From Candidatus Heimdallarchaeota archaeon (GTDB taxonomy: Archaea; Asgardarchaeota; Heimdallarchaeia; Heimdallarchaeales; Heimdallarchaeaceae), in contig DAOVER010000022.1 of NCBI GenBank assembly GCA_030668875.1, positions 24,305 to 56,304 on the forward strand: a DNA stretch of 32,000 bases, read 5' to 3'. The first letter of the stretch is position 1; every line of letters begins with the position of its first letter. Shown here piece after piece: positions 20,001-29,293 of the stretch. A program made the translations under genes and the position numbers. The notes beneath the pieces were generated by a model. It was given only the letters and a program-made list of their open reading frames with translations. It had not been told where the DNA came from and made no database searches.

Positions 20001-20170
20001 CAGTTTAAAACTACAAAGCGATCTCCGATTTCAACAATGTGGTGATTAGTTTCTTGAGCTGTTACAAAACCGATTTTTGTTTGTTCATTTTCACTTGCAC
20101 TCATGCTAAGGGCTATTACGATTAGAAATACAGTAATTCTAACAGTAATTTTCCTTTTCTTCCTTTGCAC
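17012..20170 (-). CDS. Fused MalF-like + MalG-like carbohydrate ABC permease with extra N-terminal and central domains
   Basis: MalF-like core (YVFIFPAL...YPMLYGIVLSFT...SIPKELSDIAKVDQ) and MalG-like core (NSLLVSLGS...AAYAFSRYRF...SIPKELDESALLMG) in one 1052-aa frame. GTG start 8 nt after GAGGT. Confidence 0.9.
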   Translation of the reverse strand: MQRKKRKITVRITVFLIVIALSMSASENEQTKIGFVTAQETNHHIVEIGDRFVVLNWTVQENYTFSGFRIEVFDSSLNLSQTWSVIQINSTMYLNHINQVNLVNYTDSHGEIFYSKKEFSLNFTYFIVPTNTKSIQVKINGLKTTNPYQIQIYSTNSSLVINNDFSILLVEEEVSFWITEEFTTLQSIDEALKYSRTATTITILAIILIFIIIFVIIAKIDVPFNRVAYVFIFPALFALVLLEVYPMLYGIVLSFTSYNLRRGEIPQFNWLENYIHITNNPQLPIAFTTTLVWSTVIIFLKIFLGFVLAYLIHYKVKRKKVWYLLLYLPWVIPTYIKILSWRTFIQGSGGESLFNLLLGTNVNLMNQPYVALLLACFVEVWDSIPLITTLFLGGLSSIPKELSDIAKVDQISERTSIRRIIIPLIKPIILPAIILEIIKTFGSFNVAFLFTSGYPLLPYGMNEAGIIGATDLFSTFTFYMFYQRRDVGIAAAYSTIMSILTLFFVLVWIKMSKGTESSFQPSEIKKRRNYKIIIPTFLTIQAIGYIVSGVVGFRYFGYHWNPVLSYIMGSLFAIVGLLFIWKPNQSSTGLKLLLVVDLIFSLTQFFLFQMWFAFNWNIFVVAVEFFIIANIPREKFNSNFVLNKLRKIAQYTRKTVVTTLQRIDTKLIDLNTIHLVLVVQASILLVSNLILGSSFWLMWTIFGLNILVIFSSIFSQSFTKFSVLLQPIIWIGLGFAWEPIGWKIIHVIVSLVFIINYIQKQLDKRKIGEFQRGIYSFLSFPINSSVTLLSFSLIAFIPIWNIFWIAFSPSNTVVPTNFFPSNPTLNNFVLLFTQENILLHFGNSLLVSLGSATFCILLTVLAAYAFSRYRFKVKKQLMVGVFIMKMFTGILTLIPLYLIMFNLGLIDNYIGVILAYSTQTIPLGLWIIKGYMDSIPKELDESALLMGNSTLRVLRKVVFPLAGPAIAVAFLLNFLTAWNGFLLAFVLLQSPLRYTLPIKLYTFLGSIETSSPEWGMFAAASLLVMIPMIIMFIFLKNYLLKGANYHIQRGDL

Positions 20171-21422
20171 GATAAGATACCTCTTTGTTTGAATTTATGC
20201 CTGCTTGAGCATTATCAAGAGTAGTTTGAATATCTAAATGATCAAGCAAAATGAACTGTAAAGCTGCTCTCATGTAATCTGAATATATGTTGTAGATAGG
20301 ATCTAAAGGATGAAGTTGACTGAATTCTATTTGTTCCAGCTGTTTCATTATTCTGGGATCATTTTTCACGATTGGTGAATTCAACAGTTCAATTAGAGTA
20401 GGAACCTTAAATTCTTCTTCAACCATTCCTTCTTGAACCTCTTTTGAAGATAAGAAATCGATAATTTGATAACAAGTATCAACATGTTCTGTATCTTTAG
20501 AAATTCCCCATCCTTTTATTTCAACTATTGGTGAAATTCTCTCTCCTGTAGATGAAATTGAAGGTAAAATCTGAACCCCATAGTTGACTCTTAGTTCCTC
20601 AAGCATGGGAATATACCAGCCTCCGTAAATCAGCATAGCACCTTTGTTAGTAATAAATGCTTGAGTTGCAGAACCACTAGTTTCATCGTATTCCACAAGT
20701 CTAGAGTTGTACTTTAAATCATAAATGAAATCCATTGTATTATAAGAAGCAGTGTCATTAACAATTATTGTCTCATTCTGATAGAGTGGTCCATGACCAA
20801 AACCATGTTGAAAAGCTGGCCACATATATGGAGATAGGGTGGCCCATACCAATCCATAAATTTGATTCACTGAACGATCTGTTAAAGTGGTAGCTGCATC
20901 TAAAAGCTCAATGTCAGTCCAATTTGCAAGTGGATAACTTACGTTTTGAGCATCGAATAAGTCTTTATTATAAAATAAAAGGATAGAGTCATACCACATA
21001 GGTAAACCCCAATACTCTCCTTTATATCCCAAACCACTAATTGCAGAAGGAAAAAATTTGGCTTCTATTTCTGGTGTTATATGATCCGTTAAAGAGTGAA
21101 TATACCCTAACTGGGATAGCTCACCAAACCAAGAACCTTTTCCTAAAAAAATATCTGGAGCTTCACCAGTTTGAGCTACACTAATGAATTTATCAAGCCA
21201 ACCAGAAGAGGGTTGTTCTACAAAGTTGATTTGAATATTAGGATTATCCTCCATAAAGGATTCAATGTTGGAATTTATTACATCTCCTCCTTCGTAGGTA
21301 TACCACAAATCTATTTCAATTTCTCTCCTAGGATTTTTGTAGAAGCTGAAAAAAATAATAGGAACTAATACCCCGAGTATAACAATAACTGTCAAGCTTA
21401 TTTTGATATACTTAGAGACCAT
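20139..21422 (-). CDS. Carbohydrate ABC transporter substrate-binding protein (membrane-anchored)
   Basis: N-terminal TM helix, then IDLWYTY, APDIFL, GLPMWYDSILLFYNKDLF, GAMLIYGGW, typical of CUT1 sugar-binding proteins. First gene of the ABC cluster. Confidence 0.92.
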   Translation of the reverse strand: MVSKYIKISLTVIVILGVLVPIIFFSFYKNPRREIEIDLWYTYEGGDVINSNIESFMEDNPNIQINFVEQPSSGWLDKFISVAQTGEAPDIFLGKGSWFGELSQLGYIHSLTDHITPEIEAKFFPSAISGLGYKGEYWGLPMWYDSILLFYNKDLFDAQNVSYPLANWTDIELLDAATTLTDRSVNQIYGLVWATLSPYMWPAFQHGFGHGPLYQNETIIVNDTASYNTMDFIYDLKYNSRLVEYDETSGSATQAFITNKGAMLIYGGWYIPMLEELRVNYGVQILPSISSTGERISPIVEIKGWGISKDTEHVDTCYQIIDFLSSKEVQEGMVEEEFKVPTLIELLNSPIVKNDPRIMKQLEQIEFSQLHPLDPIYNIYSDYMRAALQFILLDHLDIQTTLDNAQAGINSNKEVSYRAKEEKENYC

Positions 21423-21556
21423 ATGAAAACCACACTTAACAATGTTTAAGTCTTTCCTATTTCTCCTCCAGAAACAACTTACTTAAAATTTTGCCTTTAA
21501 ATGAGTAATATTGATATTCAAACAGATTTATATTTACATTGATATAGTATGTCTTA

Positions 21557-22573
21557 ATGGCTGCAAAGAATAAAATTATTATATTCAGCATTATATCTTT
21601 ACTAGTTGTAACAGGTACTGGAATAGGGATATATTTTGGCTTTTTCTATGAAAATAATAATGGCTCTGATACTGACACGGTAATTTTATCATTAGTAAGT
21701 GAAAATACAAATAAAAATTATACAATGTCGGATTTACAAACCCTCCCCAGTGTTTCAGGTCTGGGAGGATATAAGAAGACAACAGGGACAATCGTTGGAC
21801 CTTCAACTTACAAAGGAGTAACAATTATTTCTTTGCTGGATGATATAGGAGGAATATTACCTTCTTCTGATTTAATAATAAGAGCAACTGATGGATATGT
21901 AGTATCCTATTCCTATTCTATGGTTGCTGGTCAAGTTACAGCTTATGACAATGAAACTGGAGCCAATTTAGGGATTAATGAATTTGAGATGATTTTAGCA
22001 TACGAGCAAGATGGGAATACTCTTGCTACAGCTGATGGTCCTTTAAGAATAGTCTATCTGTCTGATGAAGGGTATTTATCAGATGGAAATCTTTGGGCTA
22101 AGAAAGTACAAGAAATAGAAATCAAATCGGTAACTGAATCATGGATAGTATATCTTTATGGAATAACAAATGACAGTGTTAATCGCCCTTTTTTTGAATC
22201 AAAAATGGCAAGTGGGGACGCACATACCATAGCATTCTACGAGATGCAAGACGGAGATAGAATTAATACATATGCAGGAATCCCACTATGGACAATTATC
22301 TCTATTATCGATGGAGAACTGGAAGATAGCACTTCATATACGTTCAATGAATCTTTAGCACTAGATGGTTATGATATCCTCTTGAAAAATTCAGATGAAG
22401 AAATAATAACGCTCAATAGCAGTGTTGTTTCACATAATGATGATATCCTTTTAGCAGTTAAGAGGAATTCATTATTCTTACCTCTCAATGAAGCACCTTT
22501 GCGTTTGGTTGGAAATGCATTGAACGACATACAGATGATCGGAAAGATTGTAGAAATTTGGATTGTTTTTTAA
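21557..22573 (+). CDS. Membrane-anchored protein with two tandem molybdopterin-oxidoreductase-like domains
   Basis: N-terminal TM helix, then two related halves (YKGVTIISLL...ATDGY...ILAYEQDG...GPLRIV...WAKKVQEIEI and YAGIPLWTII...ILLAVKRN...APLRLVG...KIVEIWI). Confidence 0.65.
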   Translation: MAAKNKIIIFSIISLLVVTGTGIGIYFGFFYENNNGSDTDTVILSLVSENTNKNYTMSDLQTLPSVSGLGGYKKTTGTIVGPSTYKGVTIISLLDDIGGILPSSDLIIRATDGYVVSYSYSMVAGQVTAYDNETGANLGINEFEMILAYEQDGNTLATADGPLRIVYLSDEGYLSDGNLWAKKVQEIEIKSVTESWIVYLYGITNDSVNRPFFESKMASGDAHTIAFYEMQDGDRINTYAGIPLWTIISIIDGELEDSTSYTFNESLALDGYDILLKNSDEEIITLNSSVVSHNDDILLAVKRNSLFLPLNEAPLRLVGNALNDIQMIGKIVEIWIVF

Positions 22574-22688
22574 AATTCGCTTAATAATCACTTTTATTAA
22601 GGAAAATATGAAAGAAAACCAAAACAATATTGCTTTGTTTTTGGTTTATATATTCAAAAGAATCATAAATTCTGAAAGAGGTGAATCA

Positions 22689-24533
22689 TTGGCAATCCAA
22701 ACTACCGCTCTAGAAACAGGGGAATTCTTTGACCCCATTATGGTCAAATATAATAAGAAAAATCACATCAGATGGATTCTTAGCCATGTTTTTGCTTATA
22801 AAAAACTTCTTGCCTTATTTATGTTATTTGCAACTATATCAATTGCAATTAATACAATAAATCCAATAATCACAGGACGATACTTAATTGATGCAATTTA
22901 TGAAAAGAATTGGGAAGGTGTAAAAAATTACGCGGTAATAATTCTAGGATTAACAGTTTTGAGGGGATTTGTTGATTTTGGAGCCAGTGTTGTAATTGAA
23001 GTCACATCTCAAAAATTGGAGAGAGATATTAGAGACGAATATTATGCATCGATGTTATCTAAGAGCATGACTTTCCATGATGAAGTGAAGGCTGGTGATG
23101 TGATGGCACGAGCTACATTTGATACAAGAATGGTTAATTATTTAGTAAATCCTTGTATACATCTTCTGTTTGCAGCGTTTGTAGGAGTAGCATTTGCAAT
23201 GGGTGGAATGTTGTTTATTGACCCTCTTTGGAATGGTATACCCATCTTGTGGTTACTACCTTTGACAATTTCCGTTCCAATCTTCTTCTTAGCTCGAAGA
23301 TATTTCAAATCTATAGGTCCTATTTCTATGGAGATCCAGAGATCCTACTCTGGTTTGTCCTCATATCTCCAAGAAAAATTACTAGGTATTAGCGTAGTAA
23401 AGATATTTGCAAGAAACCAACATGAAAGGATTGAGTTTAGAGACAAGAATGACACTTTATCTGATCAGATAATTAAAAGAGGTCAGTTAAGATCCAAATT
23501 CTATCCCGTTCTGTTAGTTGGTATTAGTGTGGGGATGGCTGTCGTTTATGGTGTGATTTTGATTCAAGTTGGAATCTTTGACATAGGCAGATTGTACTCC
23601 TATGTAATGCTAATGGGAAATCTTTTCTTCCCTATTTGGGTTCTCTCTTGGAGTCTTGTTCTCACACAAATGGGTTTAGCTGGTGCTAAAAGAATTACTG
23701 AAATCCTCACTAAACAGACAATAATCCCCAGACCAGAAAATCCGATTATTATTGAAAAAGCTAAAGGTGGTATTGAATTTAGAAATGTATCTTTTTCTTA
23801 TGATGGAAAAACAAAAGTAGTTAATGAAGTTACATTTAAGATCCCTCCAGGAAGTCGAACGGCCATAGTTGGGCCCGCGGGTTGTGGAAAGACAACTATG
23901 ATGAAATTACTTACGCGATTATATGATGTCGAATCTGGATCTATCCTTTTAGATAATCAAGATGTTCGGAATCTGTCGTTTGACACAATCAGGAACAATG
24001 TTGGAGTGATTGAACAGGATGTCATACTCTTCTCAGGGACAGTTAAGCAAAATATAGCTTATGGTAAACCTGATTCGACAGAAGAGGACATAATTCAAGC
24101 TGCGAAATTAGCGCAAGCTCATGAATTTATTGAAGTTTTTGATAAGAAATATGAAACTGTAGTAGGAGAAAGAGGAATGACTCTCTCTGGTGGTCAAAAA
24201 CAGCGTTTAGCTATAGCCAGAATGATACTCTCTGATCCTCAAATTCTAGTTTTTGATGACGCTACTTCAAGTGTTGATAGTGAAACAGAAGATCTTATTC
24301 AAAAGGCGATTAACCAAGTTCTTCAAAACAGAACTAGTTTCATAATTACTCATCGTTTGAGTACAATACGTATTTCTGATTTAATAATTGTTATGAAACA
24401 AGGAAAGATAGTTGCAATGGGTAAACACGATGAACTCTTAAAAACATCAGTAGATTATTGGCGTGTTTTTGCTAGATTCTCAGAAATACGTGACAAATTC
24501 ATTAAACCAGATGAGGATAGGAGGATTGATTAA
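22689..24533 (+). CDS. Type IV ABC exporter half-transporter, degenerate-site subunit
   Basis: TMD plus NBD with GPAGCGKT, LSGGQ and Walker B ILVFDD (catalytic Glu replaced by Asp). The probable start is TTG 22689, 4 nt after GAGGTGA, rather than the track start 22563. Confidence 0.92.
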   Translation: MAIQTTALETGEFFDPIMVKYNKKNHIRWILSHVFAYKKLLALFMLFATISIAINTINPIITGRYLIDAIYEKNWEGVKNYAVIILGLTVLRGFVDFGASVVIEVTSQKLERDIRDEYYASMLSKSMTFHDEVKAGDVMARATFDTRMVNYLVNPCIHLLFAAFVGVAFAMGGMLFIDPLWNGIPILWLLPLTISVPIFFLARRYFKSIGPISMEIQRSYSGLSSYLQEKLLGISVVKIFARNQHERIEFRDKNDTLSDQIIKRGQLRSKFYPVLLVGISVGMAVVYGVILIQVGIFDIGRLYSYVMLMGNLFFPIWVLSWSLVLTQMGLAGAKRITEILTKQTIIPRPENPIIIEKAKGGIEFRNVSFSYDGKTKVVNEVTFKIPPGSRTAIVGPAGCGKTTMMKLLTRLYDVESGSILLDNQDVRNLSFDTIRNNVGVIEQDVILFSGTVKQNIAYGKPDSTEEDIIQAAKLAQAHEFIEVFDKKYETVVGERGMTLSGGQKQRLAIARMILSDPQILVFDDATSSVDSETEDLIQKAINQVLQNRTSFIITHRLSTIRISDLIIVMKQGKIVAMGKHDELLKTSVDYWRVFARFSEIRDKFIKPDEDRRID

Positions 24534-26417
24534 ATGGGTTTCATTGATAATATCCCTGACGAAAAATATGATCGTAAGTATGGTGATTTTTACCTCTTTA
24601 AACGACTCTTTACTTATATGGGAAAACATGATCTACCAACATTTTTGAAGGTCCTAGGATGGATGCTAATAACAACAGGTTCTAGCATAGGTATTCCTTA
24701 TTTAATAAAATTCGTAATAGATTTTGTTGAACAAGGAATTATTTTTAGAGTCATGGATGTTTCTGAATATCTTGATTTAGTTTCACGGGGTACTACTCCA
24801 GGTGAAATAGGCTATCTGGTCTACATTCTAGCAGCTGGTGTTACAATTCTTTATGCAATAAATTGGCTTGGTCAGTATCGTGCAAATTATCTTCTAGCCA
24901 CTCTAGGTGGGAATCTTTTAAGAGATGTAAGAAAGGATTGTTATGAAAAATTATTGATTCAAGATATGACTTTCTATGATGAAAACAAGAGTGGAAAGTT
25001 AGTAAGTAGGGTTACCTCAGACACAGATACAATTGGAAATATGGTAAATCTAACAACATCATTTCTTATCAACAGTTTTGTAATGCTAACAATAATGGTG
25101 ATTCTCTTAGTCACAGATGTTCGACTTGCTTTGATTGCTTTATCGACTTTACCTTTTCTATTTGGTGTTGCAATGGGAGCTAGAATACTTGCAAAACGAA
25201 CATCGAAAAAATGGCGAAAAACTATAGCTATATTGAATGCTAACGTGTCAGAATCAATATCTGGAATAGAGATAACTAAATCATTTAATCAAGAAGAAGA
25301 AGGATTTGCAAGGTTTAAGGAAATTAACCAAAATAATTATCGTGCTGCATTTTTCAGAGCGATTGGAATAAGTATATATTTTCCTTTCGTTGAAATGATT
25401 TTCGGGGTTGGAACTTTTCTCATACTATATTTTGGAGGAAATTGGACAATAATAACAGAGAGGATCGAGATCTCAACACTGATATTTTTCATTTTAATGC
25501 TCAATAGATTTTTCTTTCCTCTAATGCAAATAACTCAGTTCTTTAATCAGTTTGAAGCGGGATTGGCAGCTGTAGAAAGAATCTTCAGTCTGATGGATAG
25601 CAATCCAGATGTTGTTGAAGTTGAAGATCCAATTAGCATTAAAGAAGTGAAAGGGGATATAACATTCAAAGATATGAAGTTTTTCTATCTACCAAAGGAA
25701 CCACTCTACAAACAATTCACTCTGCATATCCCTTCAGGACAAACATGTGCAATCGTTGGTAAAACTGGTGCAGGTAAATCCACCTTGATATCCTTAATCT
25801 CCCGATTTTACGATGTTAAAGAAGGAGAAATCTTGGTTGACGGAGTAGATATCAGAAATTACAAATTAGAAGAGTATAGAAACCAGATTGGTATTGTTTT
25901 ACAAGATAATATACTCTTTTCTGGTTCGATAGAAGATAACATCCGATACGGGAAACTTGATGCAACACGTGAAGAAGTTACTGAAGCTGCAAAATTAGTT
26001 TATGCTTGGGAATTTATCCAAAGTTTACCTGATGGTTTGGACACTGAAGTTGGGGAAAAAGGAACGAAATTATCCGCCGGACAGAAACAGCTAGTTGCGT
26101 TTGCAAGAGCACTTCTATCGGATCCTAAGATTCTAATTCTGGATGAAGCTACTAGTGCAATCGATGCATATACAGAATCCTTAATCCAAGAAGCACTAAA
26201 GATTCTGCTGAAAGATAGAACTGCAATAATAATCGCTCATAGACTCACAACAGTTGAAAATTCTGATAGGATTATTGTAATCGATGATGCTCTCATTCAA
26301 GAAGAAGGAACCCATAATGAATTAATGGCAAAACGTGGAAAATATTGGAAACTATATGATCTATACTTCAGACATCAATCATTAGATTACGGAGATAACA
26401 ACAAAAGTACAAATTAA
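24534..26417 (+). CDS. Type IV ABC exporter half-transporter, consensus-site subunit
   Basis: TMD plus NBD with GKTGAGKS, LSAGQ, ILILDE and IAHRL. It starts on the base after the partner's stop. Confidence 0.93.
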   Translation: MGFIDNIPDEKYDRKYGDFYLFKRLFTYMGKHDLPTFLKVLGWMLITTGSSIGIPYLIKFVIDFVEQGIIFRVMDVSEYLDLVSRGTTPGEIGYLVYILAAGVTILYAINWLGQYRANYLLATLGGNLLRDVRKDCYEKLLIQDMTFYDENKSGKLVSRVTSDTDTIGNMVNLTTSFLINSFVMLTIMVILLVTDVRLALIALSTLPFLFGVAMGARILAKRTSKKWRKTIAILNANVSESISGIEITKSFNQEEEGFARFKEINQNNYRAAFFRAIGISIYFPFVEMIFGVGTFLILYFGGNWTIITERIEISTLIFFILMLNRFFFPLMQITQFFNQFEAGLAAVERIFSLMDSNPDVVEVEDPISIKEVKGDITFKDMKFFYLPKEPLYKQFTLHIPSGQTCAIVGKTGAGKSTLISLISRFYDVKEGEILVDGVDIRNYKLEEYRNQIGIVLQDNILFSGSIEDNIRYGKLDATREEVTEAAKLVYAWEFIQSLPDGLDTEVGEKGTKLSAGQKQLVAFARALLSDPKILILDEATSAIDAYTESLIQEALKILLKDRTAIIIAHRLTTVENSDRIIVIDDALIQEEGTHNELMAKRGKYWKLYDLYFRHQSLDYGDNNKSTN

Positions 26418-26444
26418 CTTTGATTTCGATACTTTTTCCAAGAT

Positions 26445-27845
26445 CTATTCCCAAACTTCTATTACCTTTTTCATGCAAACAATCGCTTCTAACTCGTGCT
26501 TCTTTAGAAGTCCCATAAGGTTTATTGCCCTCTTACATTTGTCTTCAGTAACGGAATCAAAACCTCTCCTTGGAAATAATTTTGATAATTCCTTGTATAT
26601 TTTTACAACTTTTTGGTATTCATAGAAAGTTTGATACAGCTCATTGATTTGAGGAGTCCCCCTGTAAAGTTTGATGAGTTTACCTAAATACTCTACAACA
26701 CTTTTCCGCGCATCGAGATAAGAATTAATCATGTATTGGTTTCCAAAGTATTTTGTATCTTCGGTAAAACCTTCCTCTAACTGCTCAATCCATGTGTCAT
26801 AAGCATCAACTCCAGAAACAAAGATTTTGAAAGCAAGTTTCTTACTTTCAGCAAACCGAATTGCACGTTTAATCGATTCTTTGTGATCTTTACTCTCAAT
26901 TTTCGAATCTATTTTCCGATCAAACATATATGCATAAACTGCTCCCTCAGCATCTAATTTATTATAAGGGATTTGATTTCTAAATCTCTCATCAAGTGTA
27001 TGAATTGAGCTCACAATGTAGTTATCGTTGTTATATCCATTTACTATACCGTATTCGGGAACATGAACTCCCCATAGCACGACAGGTTTGTTCTTATCTA
27101 TTTCTTTCTTAATTATTTCAAATAAGTTCTTGGCTCTAACATCGTCCCTCATAGACAATGGTTTTGAATATGAAAAATCAGAAGGCAAAGATTCAGATTC
27201 GTGATATGTTTTTATCTTCCATCCAAATTTTGAAAGAGACTTTACAATTATATCGAATCCAAGATGTGAAGTTGGGCTTGAAGGCCATAATCCTTTTTTT
27301 GGCACATTCAATAAGAACCCGTAGCCTGTAAACCCTGCGATTTCATCTGCGGTAACTTTGCACCCTAAAGAGTTGAGCGCCCCCGTCATAGCACCTACAA
27401 ACGTCAGAAAGTGTTTTTGAAACCTAGCTTCTTTTGAGATTTTCTTCTTGATTCCATTATGTTCCGTTCTGAGTTTGTAAGCTATATTATACCGTCTTTG
27501 ACGCTGTTCGGTTTCCTCTTTTGATTTGAATGAGGATGATTTGTAAATATTGAAGTTTTCCCTAAGGAAATCCAGACCATCATCTGAAATCTTATACTCC
27601 CCTCTAGTTATTCTTTCAATCAACTTTGAACTCAACAAAAGATTGATGTGATGTGCAACAGCAGTTTTTCCCAATTTCAGCTCTTTTTCAATAGAAGTAA
27701 GCAATTTAGGACCATCTAGAAGTAAAGACATAATGTAGATTCGTTTTTTATTCCCTAAACTACTAAGTATGTCAGAAAACCCTTCTAAGAAGTCAAAGAT
27801 TTTCTGTTGAAGTTCTTTGTTGTCGCTATCCTCTCTATCACTCAT
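26445..27845 (-). CDS. ArsR-family wHTH regulator fused to a large C-terminal domain (possibly papain-like/BtrH-N-like)
   Basis: LSSLGNKKRIYIMSLL...LGKTAVAHHINLLLSSKLIER...GEYKIS is an ArsR-type HTH. The C-terminal 330 aa contain IDKNKPVVLWGVHVPEYGIVNGY, reminiscent of C39/BtrH-like folds (weaker call). Confidence 0.75.
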   Translation of the reverse strand: MSDREDSDNKELQQKIFDFLEGFSDILSSLGNKKRIYIMSLLLDGPKLLTSIEKELKLGKTAVAHHINLLLSSKLIERITRGEYKISDDGLDFLRENFNIYKSSSFKSKEETEQRQRRYNIAYKLRTEHNGIKKKISKEARFQKHFLTFVGAMTGALNSLGCKVTADEIAGFTGYGFLLNVPKKGLWPSSPTSHLGFDIIVKSLSKFGWKIKTYHESESLPSDFSYSKPLSMRDDVRAKNLFEIIKKEIDKNKPVVLWGVHVPEYGIVNGYNNDNYIVSSIHTLDERFRNQIPYNKLDAEGAVYAYMFDRKIDSKIESKDHKESIKRAIRFAESKKLAFKIFVSGVDAYDTWIEQLEEGFTEDTKYFGNQYMINSYLDARKSVVEYLGKLIKLYRGTPQINELYQTFYEYQKVVKIYKELSKLFPRRGFDSVTEDKCKRAINLMGLLKKHELEAIVCMKKVIEVWE

Positions 27846-27955
27846 CTTCTACACCCTAAGTTTCTTATTAGATATTAAAAATATAGTGGATAGAAGGGAA
27901 GTTAGATCTTGCTGACTCTTTCTTTCCAATCAAATTCATCTATATCAATAGATCT

Positions 27956-29293
27956 CTACTTTTGTTTTTCAGCGATTCTTGCAGCTATCACATCTAAATT
28001 GTTGAAATTATTATGTTTTCTTTGTAGTTGTACTGTATTCCTATTTGTTTTGGAAGAATTGCTTTCTTTGATCATTCTAAAACTTATGAATTCACGAAAT
28101 GAGAAATTATTGATGTTCAATTTGCTTCGTAAAATCTCTCTTATAGTGAGGATTTCAAGAACCATTGCAGTTGTGATGGTGAGAATCACTTTCATAGAAA
28201 AATCGATTTCAAAAAAAATATTTGTGACTTCTAGAACTCCAAAGATACTTAGTAGAAATATAATAGGTAGTAGTATAAAGAGCAAAAAATAACTGGTGAA
28301 TTTCGCATCAATTATTTTTTCTTTTCTCTGAAGAAATCTTATTGAAAATAACACAGTGTTATGGATTAATATTGAAGTGAATATGATAGCTGAAACTACA
28401 CCTAAAGATGAGTTTTGTGTAATATATGCAATACCTATCATGAAAACCAAGATTGCTTCTAGTCCGATAATAAGGCTATTAGTAGTGATTTTCACCCTAG
28501 ATTCTTTTTTATAGCGAAGTTTTTCTATAAACTCATAATCGTCAACTGATTCTTCCTTTAGCCGTTCTTCTATTTTTATTGCTTGTCCAATATAATTCAC
28601 TTTTCTTCTTCTTCTTTTTCTTACATGTCCAGTTAAAATAAACTTTCTCAGCAGAGTAAAGTCAACTATTAATTTGATTCCTATTGCTACTATGAAGATA
28701 GATTCCCCTATACCATTAAAAATGAAAATCATTTTTGTAACTATATCATCACTTACTAGAGATGCTACTCCACCAATTAAAGAAAGAATAAGGTAATAAC
28801 AACCATAAGCTAGATACGTCCAGGAGCTGATACTGAAATCAGTGTAAAATTCGATTTTATCAAAAACTTTTTTCAAATAATAGAAACCCAACACTCTTGA
28901 GAATAAAGTTAGGAGAAGAGTGATCGTTGCAATCATAAACCACCCAAAGAAAGCGATGTCTACAACTATTGCTACACCATATGTTATTAACCATATACTT
29001 GCTGCTTTTCCAGCTTTTGTAGCTTGATATTGAAATGAATCTTTTGTTATTTTCTGAATTCCTATTGCAATCGGAATCAAACTACATGCAGTAAAAGCGA
29101 ATAAAATATAGCCTAAAAAGGGAATTCTTTGAGACCACCCTTTAAAATATTCGTCAACAAGGTTTAGAAAACCAGCGATGATAAAAAGAGCACTCCCAAA
29201 ATATATTGCTAAAATATACCTTTTTACTCTCTTCTCATCTATCGCTGGAATCTTCTTGTCCCTTGTAATATTTTCTGGTGGAATTGTGTTTAT
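27956..29293 (-). CDS. Multi-pass membrane protein, probably starting at a non-canonical ATA
   Basis: The track ORF (TTG 29080) stays open for more than 71 codons upstream, adding two hydrophobic helices, with no in-frame ATG/GTG/TTG. ATA at 29293 lies 4 nt after GGTGA. Confidence 0.7.
   Translation of the reverse strand: MNTIPPENITRDKKIPAIDEKRVKRYILAIYFGSALFIIAGFLNLVDEYFKGWSQRIPFLGYILFAFTACSLIPIAIGIQKITKDSFQYQATKAGKAASIWLITYGVAIVVDIAFFGWFMIATITLLLTLFSRVLGFYYLKKVFDKIEFYTDFSISSWTYLAYGCYYLILSLIGGVASLVSDDIVTKMIFIFNGIGESIFIVAIGIKLIVDFTLLRKFILTGHVRKRRRRKVNYIGQAIKIEERLKEESVDDYEFIEKLRYKKESRVKITTNSLIIGLEAILVFMIGIAYITQNSSLGVVSAIIFTSILIHNTVLFSIRFLQRKEKIIDAKFTSYFLLFILLPIIFLLSIFGVLEVTNIFFEIDFSMKVILTITTAMVLEILTIREILRSKLNINNFSFREFISFRMIKESNSSKTNRNTVQLQRKHNNFNNLDVIAARIAEKQK

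Noticed and set aside
5383-21556. TrmB-family operator (TATCAC-N5-GTGATA type) upstream of gap or the sugar ABC cluster
   Set aside because: No such palindrome was seen in the intergenic regions 6861-6954 or 21423-21556, so no regulatory link to the TrmB-like giant can be claimed.
22563-22688. Track N-terminal extension of the first exporter subunit
   Set aside because: It overlaps the previous gene's end, and a much better start (GAGGTGA-N4-TTG) is at 22689.
22689-26417. Asymmetric catalytic motifs in the two exporter halves
   Set aside because: A degenerate Walker B in one subunit and a degenerate signature in the other is the normal pattern of heterodimeric type IV exporters.
27909-28292. 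127-aa plus-strand ORF
   Set aside because: Antisense shadow of the hydrophobic membrane gene.
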